Virus record (IMG/VR): IMGVR_UViG_3300045141_000294
Direction: 5' to 3' (one strand)
Source of the DNA: a virus
DNA: 64,000 nt
Position numbers and translations under genes: made by a program. Positions 8,335 to 16,373 of this stretch are shown here, piece by piece. The notes below the pieces were generated by a model. The model made no database searches and was not told where the DNA came from. It saw nothing but the letters and a program-made list of their open reading frames with translations. Each line of letters opens with the position of its first letter. Positions within the stretch are counted from its first letter, which is position 1.

Positions 8335-8702
8335 GCCTCGTCTCCCGGCTTCTTCAAGTGCGGGTAGGCAGCAGCGGTGGCCTCGTGCTGCGCGTCCTCC
8401 CAGGCCTGCTGGGCGGCCAGCCAGCGCTTGCCGGTCTCGTCGGGGACGGTGACCACCGGGCCTCCGGTCTCCTCGTCGACAGCCCGGTCGCCCACGTCCT
8501 CCAGGCTCACCCCGTCGGGCCAGGCGTAGACCTGGATGCGCATCGGAGCGCTGGTCCCGTGCTCGTCGAGGAAGGCGTCGAGGGCCTCCTCGGCCTGGTC
8601 CCGGACCTCCTGGGCGTTGCGGACGGTCAACGAGGCGGTGTGCAGCGCGTCGGTCAGGCGGCGCCGGGTGGCCTCGTAGTCACCGGGCTGGTAGGTGCTC
8701 AT
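8331..8702 (-). CDS. hypothetical protein
   Basis: Coupled ATG (MSTYQPG...). Confidence 0.6.
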   Translation of the reverse strand: MSTYQPGDYEATRRRLTDALHTASLTVRNAQEVRDQAEEALDAFLDEHGTSAPMRIQVYAWPDGVSLEDVGDRAVDEETGGPVVTVPDETGKRWLAAQQAWEDAQHEATAAAYPHLKKPGDEA

Positions 8703-8866
8703 GTCGTCTCCTGGGTGGTCTTGGTCTCTAGGTGCTGCTCGAACTCCAAGACGGCCTGTCGGACCGCCTCGTCGACCAGGCCCGCGCTGTACGCCGTGGC
8801 CCACGAGAGCCGACGCCTGAGCCCCTGCTCGAAGTCGGTGACCCGCGAATCTGTCGCCGGGCTCAT
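8699..8866 (-). CDS. 55-aa hypothetical protein (MSPATDSRV...)
   Basis: Manually translated; coupled at both ends; absent from the ORF track. Confidence 0.5.
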   Translation of the reverse strand: MSPATDSRVTDFEQGLRRRLSWATAYSAGLVDEAVRQAVLEFEQHLETKTTQETT

Positions 8867-9045
8867 CACTGCACCTCCCGGCTCACGATGTGCTCCTCGC
8901 GGACCACCAGACGCAGCCCGTCCGCGAACTCAACCTTGTGGGTCAGGGACACCTCGTCGTGGTCGAGCAGACGCACGCGCTGGTCGCGCCGGTCCTCGAA
9001 CTCATCCCCGGCTCGGGGAGCGTAGAAGTGGATGGTGGTGCGCAT
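8866..9045 (-). CDS. 59-aa hypothetical protein (MRTTIHFY...)
   Basis: Manually translated; RBS ggagg; absent from the ORF track. Confidence 0.55.
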   Translation of the reverse strand: MRTTIHFYAPRAGDEFEDRRDQRVRLLDHDEVSLTHKVEFADGLRLVVREEHIVSREVQ

Positions 9046-9046
9046 C

Positions 9047-9376
9047 TCAGGCCTCCTCGGGCTTGGTCGCTGCGGTCAGGGTCTCGGCTGCCGGGTAGTC
9101 ACGCTTGCCGGTCAGGGCGGCCAGGGTCTTGCGCTGGGCCTCGGTGTACTGGACGACGTACTCGTAGTGGTCCCCGGCCAGCACCTCGACCTGCTGCACC
9201 TCCACAGGGGTGCCCCAGGCCCCTGAGCGCACCATCCGGAGCACCCGGGTGATCGCCTGGACCCGACCGTCGGCCCGGCGCACGTAGCGGCCCACCTGGA
9301 GGCTCGCGGGCTTGGGGGGAGCGGGGGTGCTCGCGTCGATCTGGATGCTCGGGAACATCGGGGTGTGGTCGCTCAT
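9047..9376 (-). CDS. hypothetical protein, first gene of an early operon
   Basis: Directly downstream of a conserved promoter/leader module. Confidence 0.65.
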   Translation of the reverse strand: MSDHTPMFPSIQIDASTPAPPKPASLQVGRYVRRADGRVQAITRVLRMVRSGAWGTPVEVQQVEVLAGDHYEYVVQYTEAQRKTLAALTGKRDYPAAETLTAATKPEEA

Positions 9377-9450
9377 GTGGCTCTCCTGGGTGCTCGGTCT
9401 CTCTGGCTACAGCCAAAGGTACACCAAGGAAGGCAGGTGGAGAAGGGGTT
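9377..9450 (-). promoter_or_regulatory. conserved early promoter + leader module
   Basis: CTTCTCCAC..TTCCTTGGTG-TACCTT..GCCAGAGAGACC..GGAGAGCCAC-ATG. Confidence 0.7.
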
Positions 9451-9491
9451 CAGGTAGATTTTTTCATGATCAGACGGTGTGATGTTTTGAT

Positions 9492-11276
9492 CTAGGGCTC
9501 GTTGTCGGGCAGGTCGCTGCGCTGGTGCCCCTTGATCCGGCACAGCCGCAGCCGGACCAGGACGTGGCCGTCGGGGTTGGGGGACCTGATGGAGCCGACC
9601 ACGTACTTCTTGGCCCCGTCCCCGCCGACGTAGTCGACCAGGGCCGGGTGCACCGCGAACCCGTCGATGCCCTTGCCGTACCAGCGGGCGCCGAAGACTC
9701 CGTGCATGTTGAACGGGTCCCGGCTGAGTTGGATGTTCCAGTCCCCGCCCACCACCCAGGGATGCGGTGAGGTCTTGAGGAAGGCCCGCAGGGTGGCCCC
9801 GTAGTCGTCCTTGAGGTACTGCGGCATCCGCTGTGGGGGCATGTGCAGGCTGACCACCCTGATCCGCTGCGGGAGGAAGGTCAGTTTGATGTCGGCCCAC
9901 GGGAAATAGCGGGCCTGGATGCCCGAGACGTTCATCGTGGAGGCCCGCACCGAGCCGGTCACCGAGGTGGTCAGGTCGTTGCGGACCAGCACCGCCTGCC
10001 CGGCTGGGTCACCGCTGGGCTGGGTGGGCTGGGTGGTGACCCACCTCGGCTGGGTGTCCCGAGCCACCAGTTCCTGGAGGCAGACCACCGCTGCCCCCCG
10101 GACCCCGGTGATCTCGTCGATCCGCTTCTGGTGCTCGATGTCGGAGTAGGCGAAGTTCAGGTTGGCGCAGACCAGCAGGTCCAGGTCCACCGGCTGGTTC
10201 AGGTTCAGGTTGGACTGCTGCTGGTGGTCGTCATGGGTGCCCTGGTTGGGGCTGTTCGAGCCGCCCGGGTTGGGGTTGCCAGCACTGTCGGTGGCGGTGG
10301 CGTGCCGGGTCACCCGGTAGACCGCCTTGACCGCGTTGTGGTCGCTGGCCAGGCCCTTGAGGATGCCGTTGGCCGACCACTGCACCTGCGGGGTGCGCCG
10401 GTGGTAGACGTGGTCGTAGACCGCGTGCCAGCCCCGGTCCCCGTGGGTGCCGTAGGCCGGGATCGTCTTGGCGTAGTACCAGTTGGCCACCATCTGCAAC
10501 CCGGCCAGGGCCTTGGGCGGCCACCAGGTCACCTGCCTGCTGCGCGGGTTGCGGTAGTTGATCTCGGTGTCGCTCAGCACGAAGCAGAGCATCGTGTCCG
10601 GGGTGGAGCGGACCCCGTGCACCAGGGCGTCCATGCACTGCCGGTACAGGTCCTGGCGGGGCAGGTCGTAGGGCGTCCCGTCGTCGTCGATGTGGGAGGG
10701 GAACGCCATGTTGAACAGCCGCACCCGCTGCCCGCTGGTGCCATGGGTGGCGGTGATCTGGGAGACCCACTTCTCGGTGGGCTTGCTACCGGCGCCAGCC
10801 GCCGAGCCGAAGATGAAGGAGCCAGCGCCGATGTCCTTCCAGCGGCCCTTGCGGAACATGATCGGGTTCTGCATCTGCGGACCGGTGCCGGTGTAGCAGG
10901 AGAAGGTCCAGTTCGCCCCGAAGGCCTGGGTGATGTCGGACTTGGCCGTCGAGGCCTCCTGGAGGCAGATCGCATCGGGGTCGGCCCAGGCGATCACCCG
11001 CTGGATGTCGCTCACCCAGCGCGGTGGCGGGCCTGGGTCGGAGGGGTCCCAGTCGTCCCCGTGTCCCCCGGTGGCGTGCAGGATGTTGAAGGTCACCAGT
11101 TTCAGCACGTCCGAGCGGGTGTTCGGGGGCATCGTCCCGGCGTGCTGGTTGGCCCCCGGGGAGTTCAGCGGGGACTGCTGGGGCGACTGGACGTCCGGTG
11201 GCCCGGTGCCCACCTGGTTGTCGATGAGGTCCTGGACCCACTGGTCGGGTGGGCAGGAGACCGGGATGGTGGTCAC
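9492..11276 (-). CDS. tandem endonuclease/exonuclease/phosphatase (EEP) domain protein
   Basis: Domain 1 TFNI..LQEA..YDHV..SDH; domain 2 ANLN..LQEL..LH..GGDWN..IDGF..DGH. Confidence 0.75.
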   Translation of the reverse strand: MTTIPVSCPPDQWVQDLIDNQVGTGPPDVQSPQQSPLNSPGANQHAGTMPPNTRSDVLKLVTFNILHATGGHGDDWDPSDPGPPPRWVSDIQRVIAWADPDAICLQEASTAKSDITQAFGANWTFSCYTGTGPQMQNPIMFRKGRWKDIGAGSFIFGSAAGAGSKPTEKWVSQITATHGTSGQRVRLFNMAFPSHIDDDGTPYDLPRQDLYRQCMDALVHGVRSTPDTMLCFVLSDTEINYRNPRSRQVTWWPPKALAGLQMVANWYYAKTIPAYGTHGDRGWHAVYDHVYHRRTPQVQWSANGILKGLASDHNAVKAVYRVTRHATATDSAGNPNPGGSNSPNQGTHDDHQQQSNLNLNQPVDLDLLVCANLNFAYSDIEHQKRIDEITGVRGAAVVCLQELVARDTQPRWVTTQPTQPSGDPAGQAVLVRNDLTTSVTGSVRASTMNVSGIQARYFPWADIKLTFLPQRIRVVSLHMPPQRMPQYLKDDYGATLRAFLKTSPHPWVVGGDWNIQLSRDPFNMHGVFGARWYGKGIDGFAVHPALVDYVGGDGAKKYVVGSIRSPNPDGHVLVRLRLCRIKGHQRSDLPDNEP

Positions 11277-11322
11277 GGGACCTCCAGGTGGGGTTCAGCG
11301 CGTCAGGGGAGCGAGGGGTCGC

Positions 11323-11811
11323 TCACTCCTTCGTGGCTGAGTCCGACACCTCGACAGCATGAGGGGGCTCCATGGGTTGGGCAGGTACCAGCAGGTCGTC
11401 GTCCAGGCGGGGCCGGGACTGTTCCGGCAGACGGCAGGCCGGTGAGGTGACCACGAAGACCTGCCAGGCCCAGGTCTCGTGGTCCAGCACCACCATCAGG
11501 CGCCCTTCGAGCAGGGCCAGGGTGGAGTACCGGTCCCGGGAGCCCGGGTAGTAGTCCGGGTCGGTGTAGGGCAGCAGCACCTCGTAGAGGGCCGAGACGA
11601 TGTCGGAGGTGGCGGGCCTGCCCAGGGTGCCCAGGACGTCGGTGAGGGTCTCGTGAGCCAGGTCTGCGATCCGCTGGAGGACTGCCACGTCCAGGTCCTG
11701 ACCCTGCTGCTGACCCTGCTGCTGAGGCTGCTGAGGCTGCTGCTGGGGCTCAGGATGCTGGTGCTCCTGGGGCTCCTGGTGCTGGTGTTGTGTTCCCGAA
11801 TCGGCTGTCAA
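11323..11811 (-). CDS. hypothetical protein with Gln/His/Pro-rich N-terminus
   Basis: TTG start with RBS caggag; QEPQEHQHPEPQQQPQQPQQQGQQQG tract. Confidence 0.6.
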   Translation of the reverse strand: MTADSGTQHQHQEPQEHQHPEPQQQPQQPQQQGQQQGQDLDVAVLQRIADLAHETLTDVLGTLGRPATSDIVSALYEVLLPYTDPDYYPGSRDRYSTLALLEGRLMVVLDHETWAWQVFVVTSPACRLPEQSRPRLDDDLLVPAQPMEPPHAVEVSDSATKE

Positions 11812-11909
11812 GGGAGGCTCCTGTCATGCTTGCTGATGGCAACGAGTTTCTTGGTAAACACCAAGAGAGTCTGAACCGGACGCTACTCCGTGCCGTATCC
11901 CCATGCAGC

Positions 11910-12067
11910 AAGGACCGGACACCCTCCCCCGATGGTGTCCGGTCCTTCTGTGTGTGCCGTGCTGTGGTGCTGGAGACACCCGCTCCCCCGATGCGGGTAC
12001 CTCCTGGAGTGAGACGCCGCAGTCCAGGAACCATGACGCAGGTTCCATGACCCGGGGTCTGACTCCA
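11910..12067. ncRNA. candidate structured RNA / hairpin array (first hairpin may be a terminator)
   Basis: 14-bp stem 11910-11947 and 6-bp stem 11978-11998 share the loop tcccccgat; branched stem 12005-12067. Confidence 0.4.
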
Positions 12068-12086
12068 TCCCAAGGGCTCCAGCGGC

Positions 12087-12497
12087 TCAGACGCCAGAGC
12101 CCAAGGGCTCTCCCGGGTGGTCCTTCCGGATGTGCCGGTCGACCCGACCCGGAGTGGTCCTGGTCTCGATGCAGTACGGGCAGCAGAGCCTCTCGGAGCC
12201 CCGCGCCTTCTTGTACACGCTGGTGCTCTTGGGAGGCTTCACCCTGACCGGTGTGCCGCCAGGTGTGCGGCCAGGTGTACTGGCGCCGGGCCTGTGGTCC
12301 CTGCCGTACTCCGCAGCCCACTGCTGGACCTGGGTGAAGGGGGCGTCGGCGTGCTCCTTGCACAACTCGATCTCCCAGACCTCGGTGGGTCCCCCGAACT
12401 CCCCGCCCACGATCTGGGTGAAGCCCTCCACATGCTCCTGGTCGTCGTTGTTCAGGTGCGGGTCGCACCAGAGCATGATCACCGCTTGCTTGGCCAT
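12087..12497 (-). CDS. Lsr2 dimerisation-like N-domain fused to a C2H2 zinc finger
   Basis: MAKQAVIMLWCD..WEIELCKEHA..QWAAEYGR resembles the Lsr2 N-terminus; C-terminal CPYC-x12-H-x4-H. Confidence 0.55.
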   Translation of the reverse strand: MAKQAVIMLWCDPHLNNDDQEHVEGFTQIVGGEFGGPTEVWEIELCKEHADAPFTQVQQWAAEYGRDHRPGASTPGRTPGGTPVRVKPPKSTSVYKKARGSERLCCPYCIETRTTPGRVDRHIRKDHPGEPLGSGV

Positions 12498-12503
12498 GGC
12501 GGC

Positions 12504-12899
12504 TCAGCGCTCCTTGGGAGGGGTGGGCTTGGTGGGCTTCTGGGTGGTGTCCCAGTGCCTGGTGAAGTACTCCTTGCGGATCTTCGACTTCCCGTCGTGG
12601 TTGATCCGCCCGCTCGTGGACAGGTACCCCTCGGCCCTGGAGTAGTCCAGGGACCTGCGCAGCACCTCGAAGTCGGCGTTGAGCAGCAGCACCCACATCA
12701 CCCCGCACTTGTGGGAGCAGCGCATCAGCGCCTCCACCACCGCGCTGGGGTGACCCACCACGTCCCGGACGTAGGACACGTCGTAGGGGATCGGGTCATG
12801 GCCCCAGGTACGACAGCGCAGGTGGCTGGCCTTCAACTCCTTCGCGAAGACCTCGGCCTCCTCGGGTGTCGCAGGGACGGACTCGTAGATGCCGGGCAT
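12504..12899 (-). CDS. conserved actinophage zinc-binding hypothetical protein (CRTWGH...C..KC...Y...EGY)
   Basis: Motif pattern. Confidence 0.65.
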   Translation of the reverse strand: MPGIYESVPATPEEAEVFAKELKASHLRCRTWGHDPIPYDVSYVRDVVGHPSAVVEALMRCSHKCGVMWVLLLNADFEVLRRSLDYSRAEGYLSTSGRINHDGKSKIRKEYFTRHWDTTQKPTKPTPPKER

Positions 12900-13420
12900 C
12901 AGGGCTCCTCGTGGCTCTCGTGGACGATGGGTACTCCTAGTACCAAGGCAGCGCCCATGCCGGGGCTGCCGAGACTGCCGGGACTGCTCAGCAGGCCCAC
13001 GTCCTGCGCCAGCCGCTGGCCCAGGCCAGCCCGGTGCTCGGCCCAGGTCTCGGTCGGGTGTCCGGAGATCATGTAGGGCAGCAGGTCGAACCGCTCACGG
13101 GTACGAGCCAGGGCCTGCCGGGCGATCTCCCAGCGGCCCTCCTCCCCCAGGGACGTGTGGACCTCGGTGAGGCTCGCAAGGGGGTCACGCAGGCCCAGCG
13201 GGGTCAGCGGGTAGCCGCTGAGGTGGACGCTGGCCATGACCTCCCCGGCCACGATCTCCCGATCGTTCTCCGGCGAGGGGGCGAGCATGGTCAGGTGGAC
13301 CCTGGCCGAGGTGATCTCGAACGCGGGCTCGGTGAAGCCTGAGGTGATGGCCGGGACATGGACCGACATCGAGTAGGTCTCGATCAGGTCGGTCACCGGC
13401 TCGGAGAGCGTGTACTGCAT
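12899..13420 (-). CDS. hypothetical protein, paralogue of 13422..13865
   Basis: Shared TDL..TY, ASV.L.GY.L, RWEIARQAL and WAEH blocks. Confidence 0.7.
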   Translation of the reverse strand: MQYTLSEPVTDLIETYSMSVHVPAITSGFTEPAFEITSARVHLTMLAPSPENDREIVAGEVMASVHLSGYPLTPLGLRDPLASLTEVHTSLGEEGRWEIARQALARTRERFDLLPYMISGHPTETWAEHRAGLGQRLAQDVGLLSSPGSLGSPGMGAALVLGVPIVHESHEEP

Positions 13421-13421
13421 C

Positions 13422-13865
13422 TCAGGCCTCCCGGCTCTCGGGCCTGATCCCGAACTGCTCCAGCACCAGGGCCTGCGCCCTGGCCTGGTGCTCGGCCCAG
13501 GAGAGGGTCGAGTGGTCGACGACCTGGGCGGCGTCCAGCCCGTGCCGGGCGCAGGAGGCCAGCAGCGCCTGCCTGGCGATCTCCCAGCGGGTCTCCTCCT
13601 CGTGGTAGCCGAAGACCACACCGGAGGTGCCGTTGGCCCGCCGCTTGCCGGTCTTGGCCAACTGGTAGCCGTACAGGGTGACCGAGGCCAGGATGTCGCC
13701 CTCCACCAGCCCCTCGGCGAGGACGGTCTCGGTGACCACGGTCAGCGAGACCCTGACCGAGGTGACCTCGGCTGCGGAGTGCTGGCGGGGGATCTCGGGG
13801 ACCGTGAGGGACACCTTGTAGGTGTCCACGAGGTCGGTCTCGGGAGCGTCGAAGGTGAAGTCCAT
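13422..13865 (-). CDS. hypothetical protein, paralogue of 12899..13420
   Basis: Same shared blocks as its neighbour. Confidence 0.7.
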   Translation of the reverse strand: MDFTFDAPETDLVDTYKVSLTVPEIPRQHSAAEVTSVRVSLTVVTETVLAEGLVEGDILASVTLYGYQLAKTGKRRANGTSGVVFGYHEEETRWEIARQALLASCARHGLDAAQVVDHSTLSWAEHQARAQALVLEQFGIRPESREA

Positions 13866-13870
13866 GATGC

Positions 13871-14458
13871 TCAGGCCTCCATCAGCGCGGTGGTCTGGAT
13901 GCTGGACTTGCTGGCCTCGCGGATCAGGGTGGCCAGCGCCTGGCGGGCCTCCTCGACGGCGTAGTGGGCCGTGCTGCTGGGGACCAGCAGGTCGATCTCG
14001 GCGAGCAGCGCCTCGGCGCCCTTGGCGAGCCGGGCGTTGAACGCGCCGTTGCGGCCCTCGCGGATGGCCTGCTCATCGGCAGCCAACTGCTCGGGGGTCT
14101 TGGCGGCCTGCTTGGTGACGTAGTCCAGCGCGTTCAGGAAGCCGTGCACGATGCGCTCCGCGAACCAGACCATCGTGCCCTGGTCGGAGTAGCCGCTGTC
14201 CAACTTGCCGGTCTCGGGGTCGGCGGTGTGGAGACGGTAGCGACCGCCTGCGGCCTCCCGGACCAGCATCCCGGCGCGGCGGTAGACGGGGATGTCACCG
14301 CCGACGACGCTGATGGTCAGGTACTTGCCCTTGTCGACGCTCTCGACCTTGACCCGGTACTCGACCTGCTCGCCGGTCTGGTTGGAGGTGAGGGTTCCGT
14401 AGCGGTGACCGTCGCGGTGCTTGGTGAGGGTCATCGGCTGGTAGGCGGTGGTGTTCAT
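13871..14458 (-). CDS. hypothetical early protein
   Basis: First gene after a promoter module. Confidence 0.7.
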   Translation of the reverse strand: MNTTAYQPMTLTKHRDGHRYGTLTSNQTGEQVEYRVKVESVDKGKYLTISVVGGDIPVYRRAGMLVREAAGGRYRLHTADPETGKLDSGYSDQGTMVWFAERIVHGFLNALDYVTKQAAKTPEQLAADEQAIREGRNGAFNARLAKGAEALLAEIDLLVPSSTAHYAVEEARQALATLIREASKSSIQTTALMEA

Positions 14459-14535
14459 GGTGGCTCTCCTTGTGGCTGGGTCTCTCTGGCAAGACAGAAT
14501 CTACACCAAGGAAACCAGGTGTGGAAGACTTTGGG
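14459..14535 (-). promoter_or_regulatory. conserved early promoter + leader module
   Basis: GTCTTCCACAC..TTCCTTGGTG-TAGATT..GCCAGAGAGACC..GGAGAGCCACC-ATG. Confidence 0.7.
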
Positions 14536-14567
14536 CGAAAAACTTTCAAGTCTTCTTGGTGAGGCTC

Positions 14568-15074
14568 TCAGGCACCGATCTCGCAGTGGACCTGGAGCGA
14601 GGTGGTGACCACGGCGCGGTAGCCCTTCTCGCCGTCGAGCCGGACCACGGGGTGGCCGGTCAAGGTGGCGGCCTGGAACCAGCCCTGGGTCACGGTGTGC
14701 TCACCGTGACGGCCCTGCTGGTAGACCCAGCCGCCCGCCTTGGCGTAGTAGCCCAGCGGCTTGAGCACGGCCTTGGCCGCAGCGATGTCGGTGGTGTACT
14801 CGCGGCTGTAGACCGCGAAGCCGGTGACCAGGTTCCTCAAGGGGAGGCTGGCGTAGCGCGGGTCGTGCTCGGAGCGGACCTCGAAGTGACGGACCTGCTG
14901 GCCCCTGTAGACGACCACGCCCTTGACGCCGAGGGCCTCACGGCGCTGGTCGTCCATGGCCTGCCAGCGGTCGATGGCCGGGCTCCAGTCCATCCAGTCG
15001 GTGCTGCGGAACTGGGTGCCGTCGTCGAGGGTGACGAACACGGCGTGCTGCTCGATGGTGACGATGCGCGACAT
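14568..15074 (-). CDS. hypothetical protein
   Basis: Coding-like 3' part of ORF 14568..15617 (MSRIVTIEQH...). Confidence 0.6.
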   Translation of the reverse strand: MSRIVTIEQHAVFVTLDDGTQFRSTDWMDWSPAIDRWQAMDDQRREALGVKGVVVYRGQQVRHFEVRSEHDPRYASLPLRNLVTGFAVYSREYTTDIAAAKAVLKPLGYYAKAGGWVYQQGRHGEHTVTQGWFQAATLTGHPVVRLDGEKGYRAVVTTSLQVHCEIGA

Positions 15075-15076
15075 GA

Positions 15077-15577
15077 TCAGACCGCCTTCACGCGAGCGTT
15101 GAACACGTTGACGTCCGCGAAAACCGTGGTCTTGCCGGTGTCCTGGGCCAGGTGCGTGTAGCCGAACGTGCTGGCCACCGAGCGGGCGTCGGCCACCGCC
15201 TTGGTCCGGGTGGGGTGGGCGTTGACCGAGGAGGCGCCGATGACCTGGCCGGTCATCTGGTCGGTCAGGATGCAGCCGTACCCGCGCTTGCCGTGCAGCC
15301 GGGTGATCTCGAAGGACGCCCGCTTCTCGACCTGGCCGACCTCGGCGAGGGAGTTGTACATCCGGTCCTTGATCGAGGCGATCACCTCGACGCGGGTGCG
15401 GTGGCCGTAGACGACGCCGTTGGCGCCGACGTTCTTCTCGCACCGCACGGTGCCGAACTCGCACCAGCCGTAGGGCACGTACTGGCCGCAGTCGGTGCAC
15501 AGCACGGGCTCCAGGTACAACTGCGCGGCGTGGTGGCCGTTGGTGGCGAGGAAGGTGTCGAGGGGGTGGCTGTACAT
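15077..15577 (-). CDS. hypothetical early protein with Cys cluster
   Basis: First gene after a promoter module; CTDCG..C..C. Confidence 0.7.
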   Translation of the reverse strand: MYSHPLDTFLATNGHHAAQLYLEPVLCTDCGQYVPYGWCEFGTVRCEKNVGANGVVYGHRTRVEVIASIKDRMYNSLAEVGQVEKRASFEITRLHGKRGYGCILTDQMTGQVIGASSVNAHPTRTKAVADARSVASTFGYTHLAQDTGKTTVFADVNVFNARVKAV

Positions 15578-15650
15578 GGTGGCTCTCCTTGGTGTCGGTC
15601 TCTCTGGCTACTGCCAAAGTACACCAAGGAATGTGCGTGCAAAAGGGTTC
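15578..15650 (-). promoter_or_regulatory. conserved early promoter + leader module
   Basis: TTCCTTGGTG-TACTTT..GCCAGAGAGACC..GGAGAGCCACC-ATG. Confidence 0.7.
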
Positions 15651-15668
15651 TGGTGAAGATTTTTTGAT

Positions 15669-16073
15669 CTAGCCGAAATGGATCCACCCGTGAGCGTCTC
15701 GGTGCTGGGCGGGTTTGTTGCAGAACTGCTCGCTACAGCGGGCCGTGGGGTCGGACATGGCCACCTGGGCGTGCATCCCGTCCAGCAGCCTGATGGCCGT
15801 GCCCACCGGGGTCTCCGGCACCTGGTAGTTGGTCCGGCCCACCTCGTGCGGGAACTGGTCGGTGAGGTAGGCGTCCAGCCTCTCCACCTGCTGCTCAGGG
15901 GCCTCTGCTGGCTGCCCTGGGACGTACGCCATCCCACCAGGGGGCACCAGGCTGTCCTCACTGGTGTCGTGCTGTCCTGCGGCCTCTGAGGGGCTGATGG
16001 TGGTCACCTGGGACTCGGGGACCTCGGTCTCCTCCTGGGACTGCTGCTCGGTCTGTGCTGGGGTCTCGTCCAT
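15669..16073 (-). CDS. hypothetical protein, acidic N-terminus, C-terminal C..C...H..H
   Basis: RBS aggag; motif pattern. Confidence 0.6.
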   Translation of the reverse strand: MDETPAQTEQQSQEETEVPESQVTTISPSEAAGQHDTSEDSLVPPGGMAYVPGQPAEAPEQQVERLDAYLTDQFPHEVGRTNYQVPETPVGTAIRLLDGMHAQVAMSDPTARCSEQFCNKPAQHRDAHGWIHFG

Positions 16074-16082
16074 GTCCTGCTC

Positions 16083-16289
16083 CTACACCACGTCGTCGAG
16101 TTTGCCGATGTTGGCACGCCAGTCCGGGTGCCGTTCCTCCCAGGCATCGCGCTGCTCCACCGAACGCCTCACGGAGAAGGATGCACAGGGTCCGGGATGC
16201 ACCTCCGGGAGTTCGCAGGTGTACCCCATGCCGTGGTCGTTGTAGACGGCCTCTCGGCAGGCCTTCTGGGGGTACTCAGCATTCTCCAT
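16083..16289 (-). CDS. small Cys/His hypothetical protein
   Basis: C...C.LP..H.GPC residues. Confidence 0.55.
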   Translation of the reverse strand: MENAEYPQKACREAVYNDHGMGYTCELPEVHPGPCASFSVRRSVEQRDAWEERHPDWRANIGKLDDVV

Positions 16290-16321
16290 GAGGCACATGC
16301 TACGCAGGATGCTTGGTTACG

Positions 16322-16364
16322 CCAGGAAGCCCGGAGCCACCCCTCTGGGCTCCGGGCTTCCTGG
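16322..16364. terminator. intrinsic terminator-like hairpin
   Basis: Perfect 17-bp IR ccaggaagcccggagcc / ggctccgggcttcctgg, just downstream of gene 16374. Confidence 0.75.
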
Positions 16365-16373
16365 TGGTCTGGT

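Noticed and set aside
11700-11790. Short tandem DNA repeats (ctgctgctga...)
   Set aside because: They are explained by a Gln-rich coding tract; not a CRISPR or VNTR locus
12005-12067. tRNA-like stem ending in CCA
   Set aside because: Only about 60 nt, with no T-loop (TTCRA) or D-arm consensus; kept only as part of an ncRNA candidate
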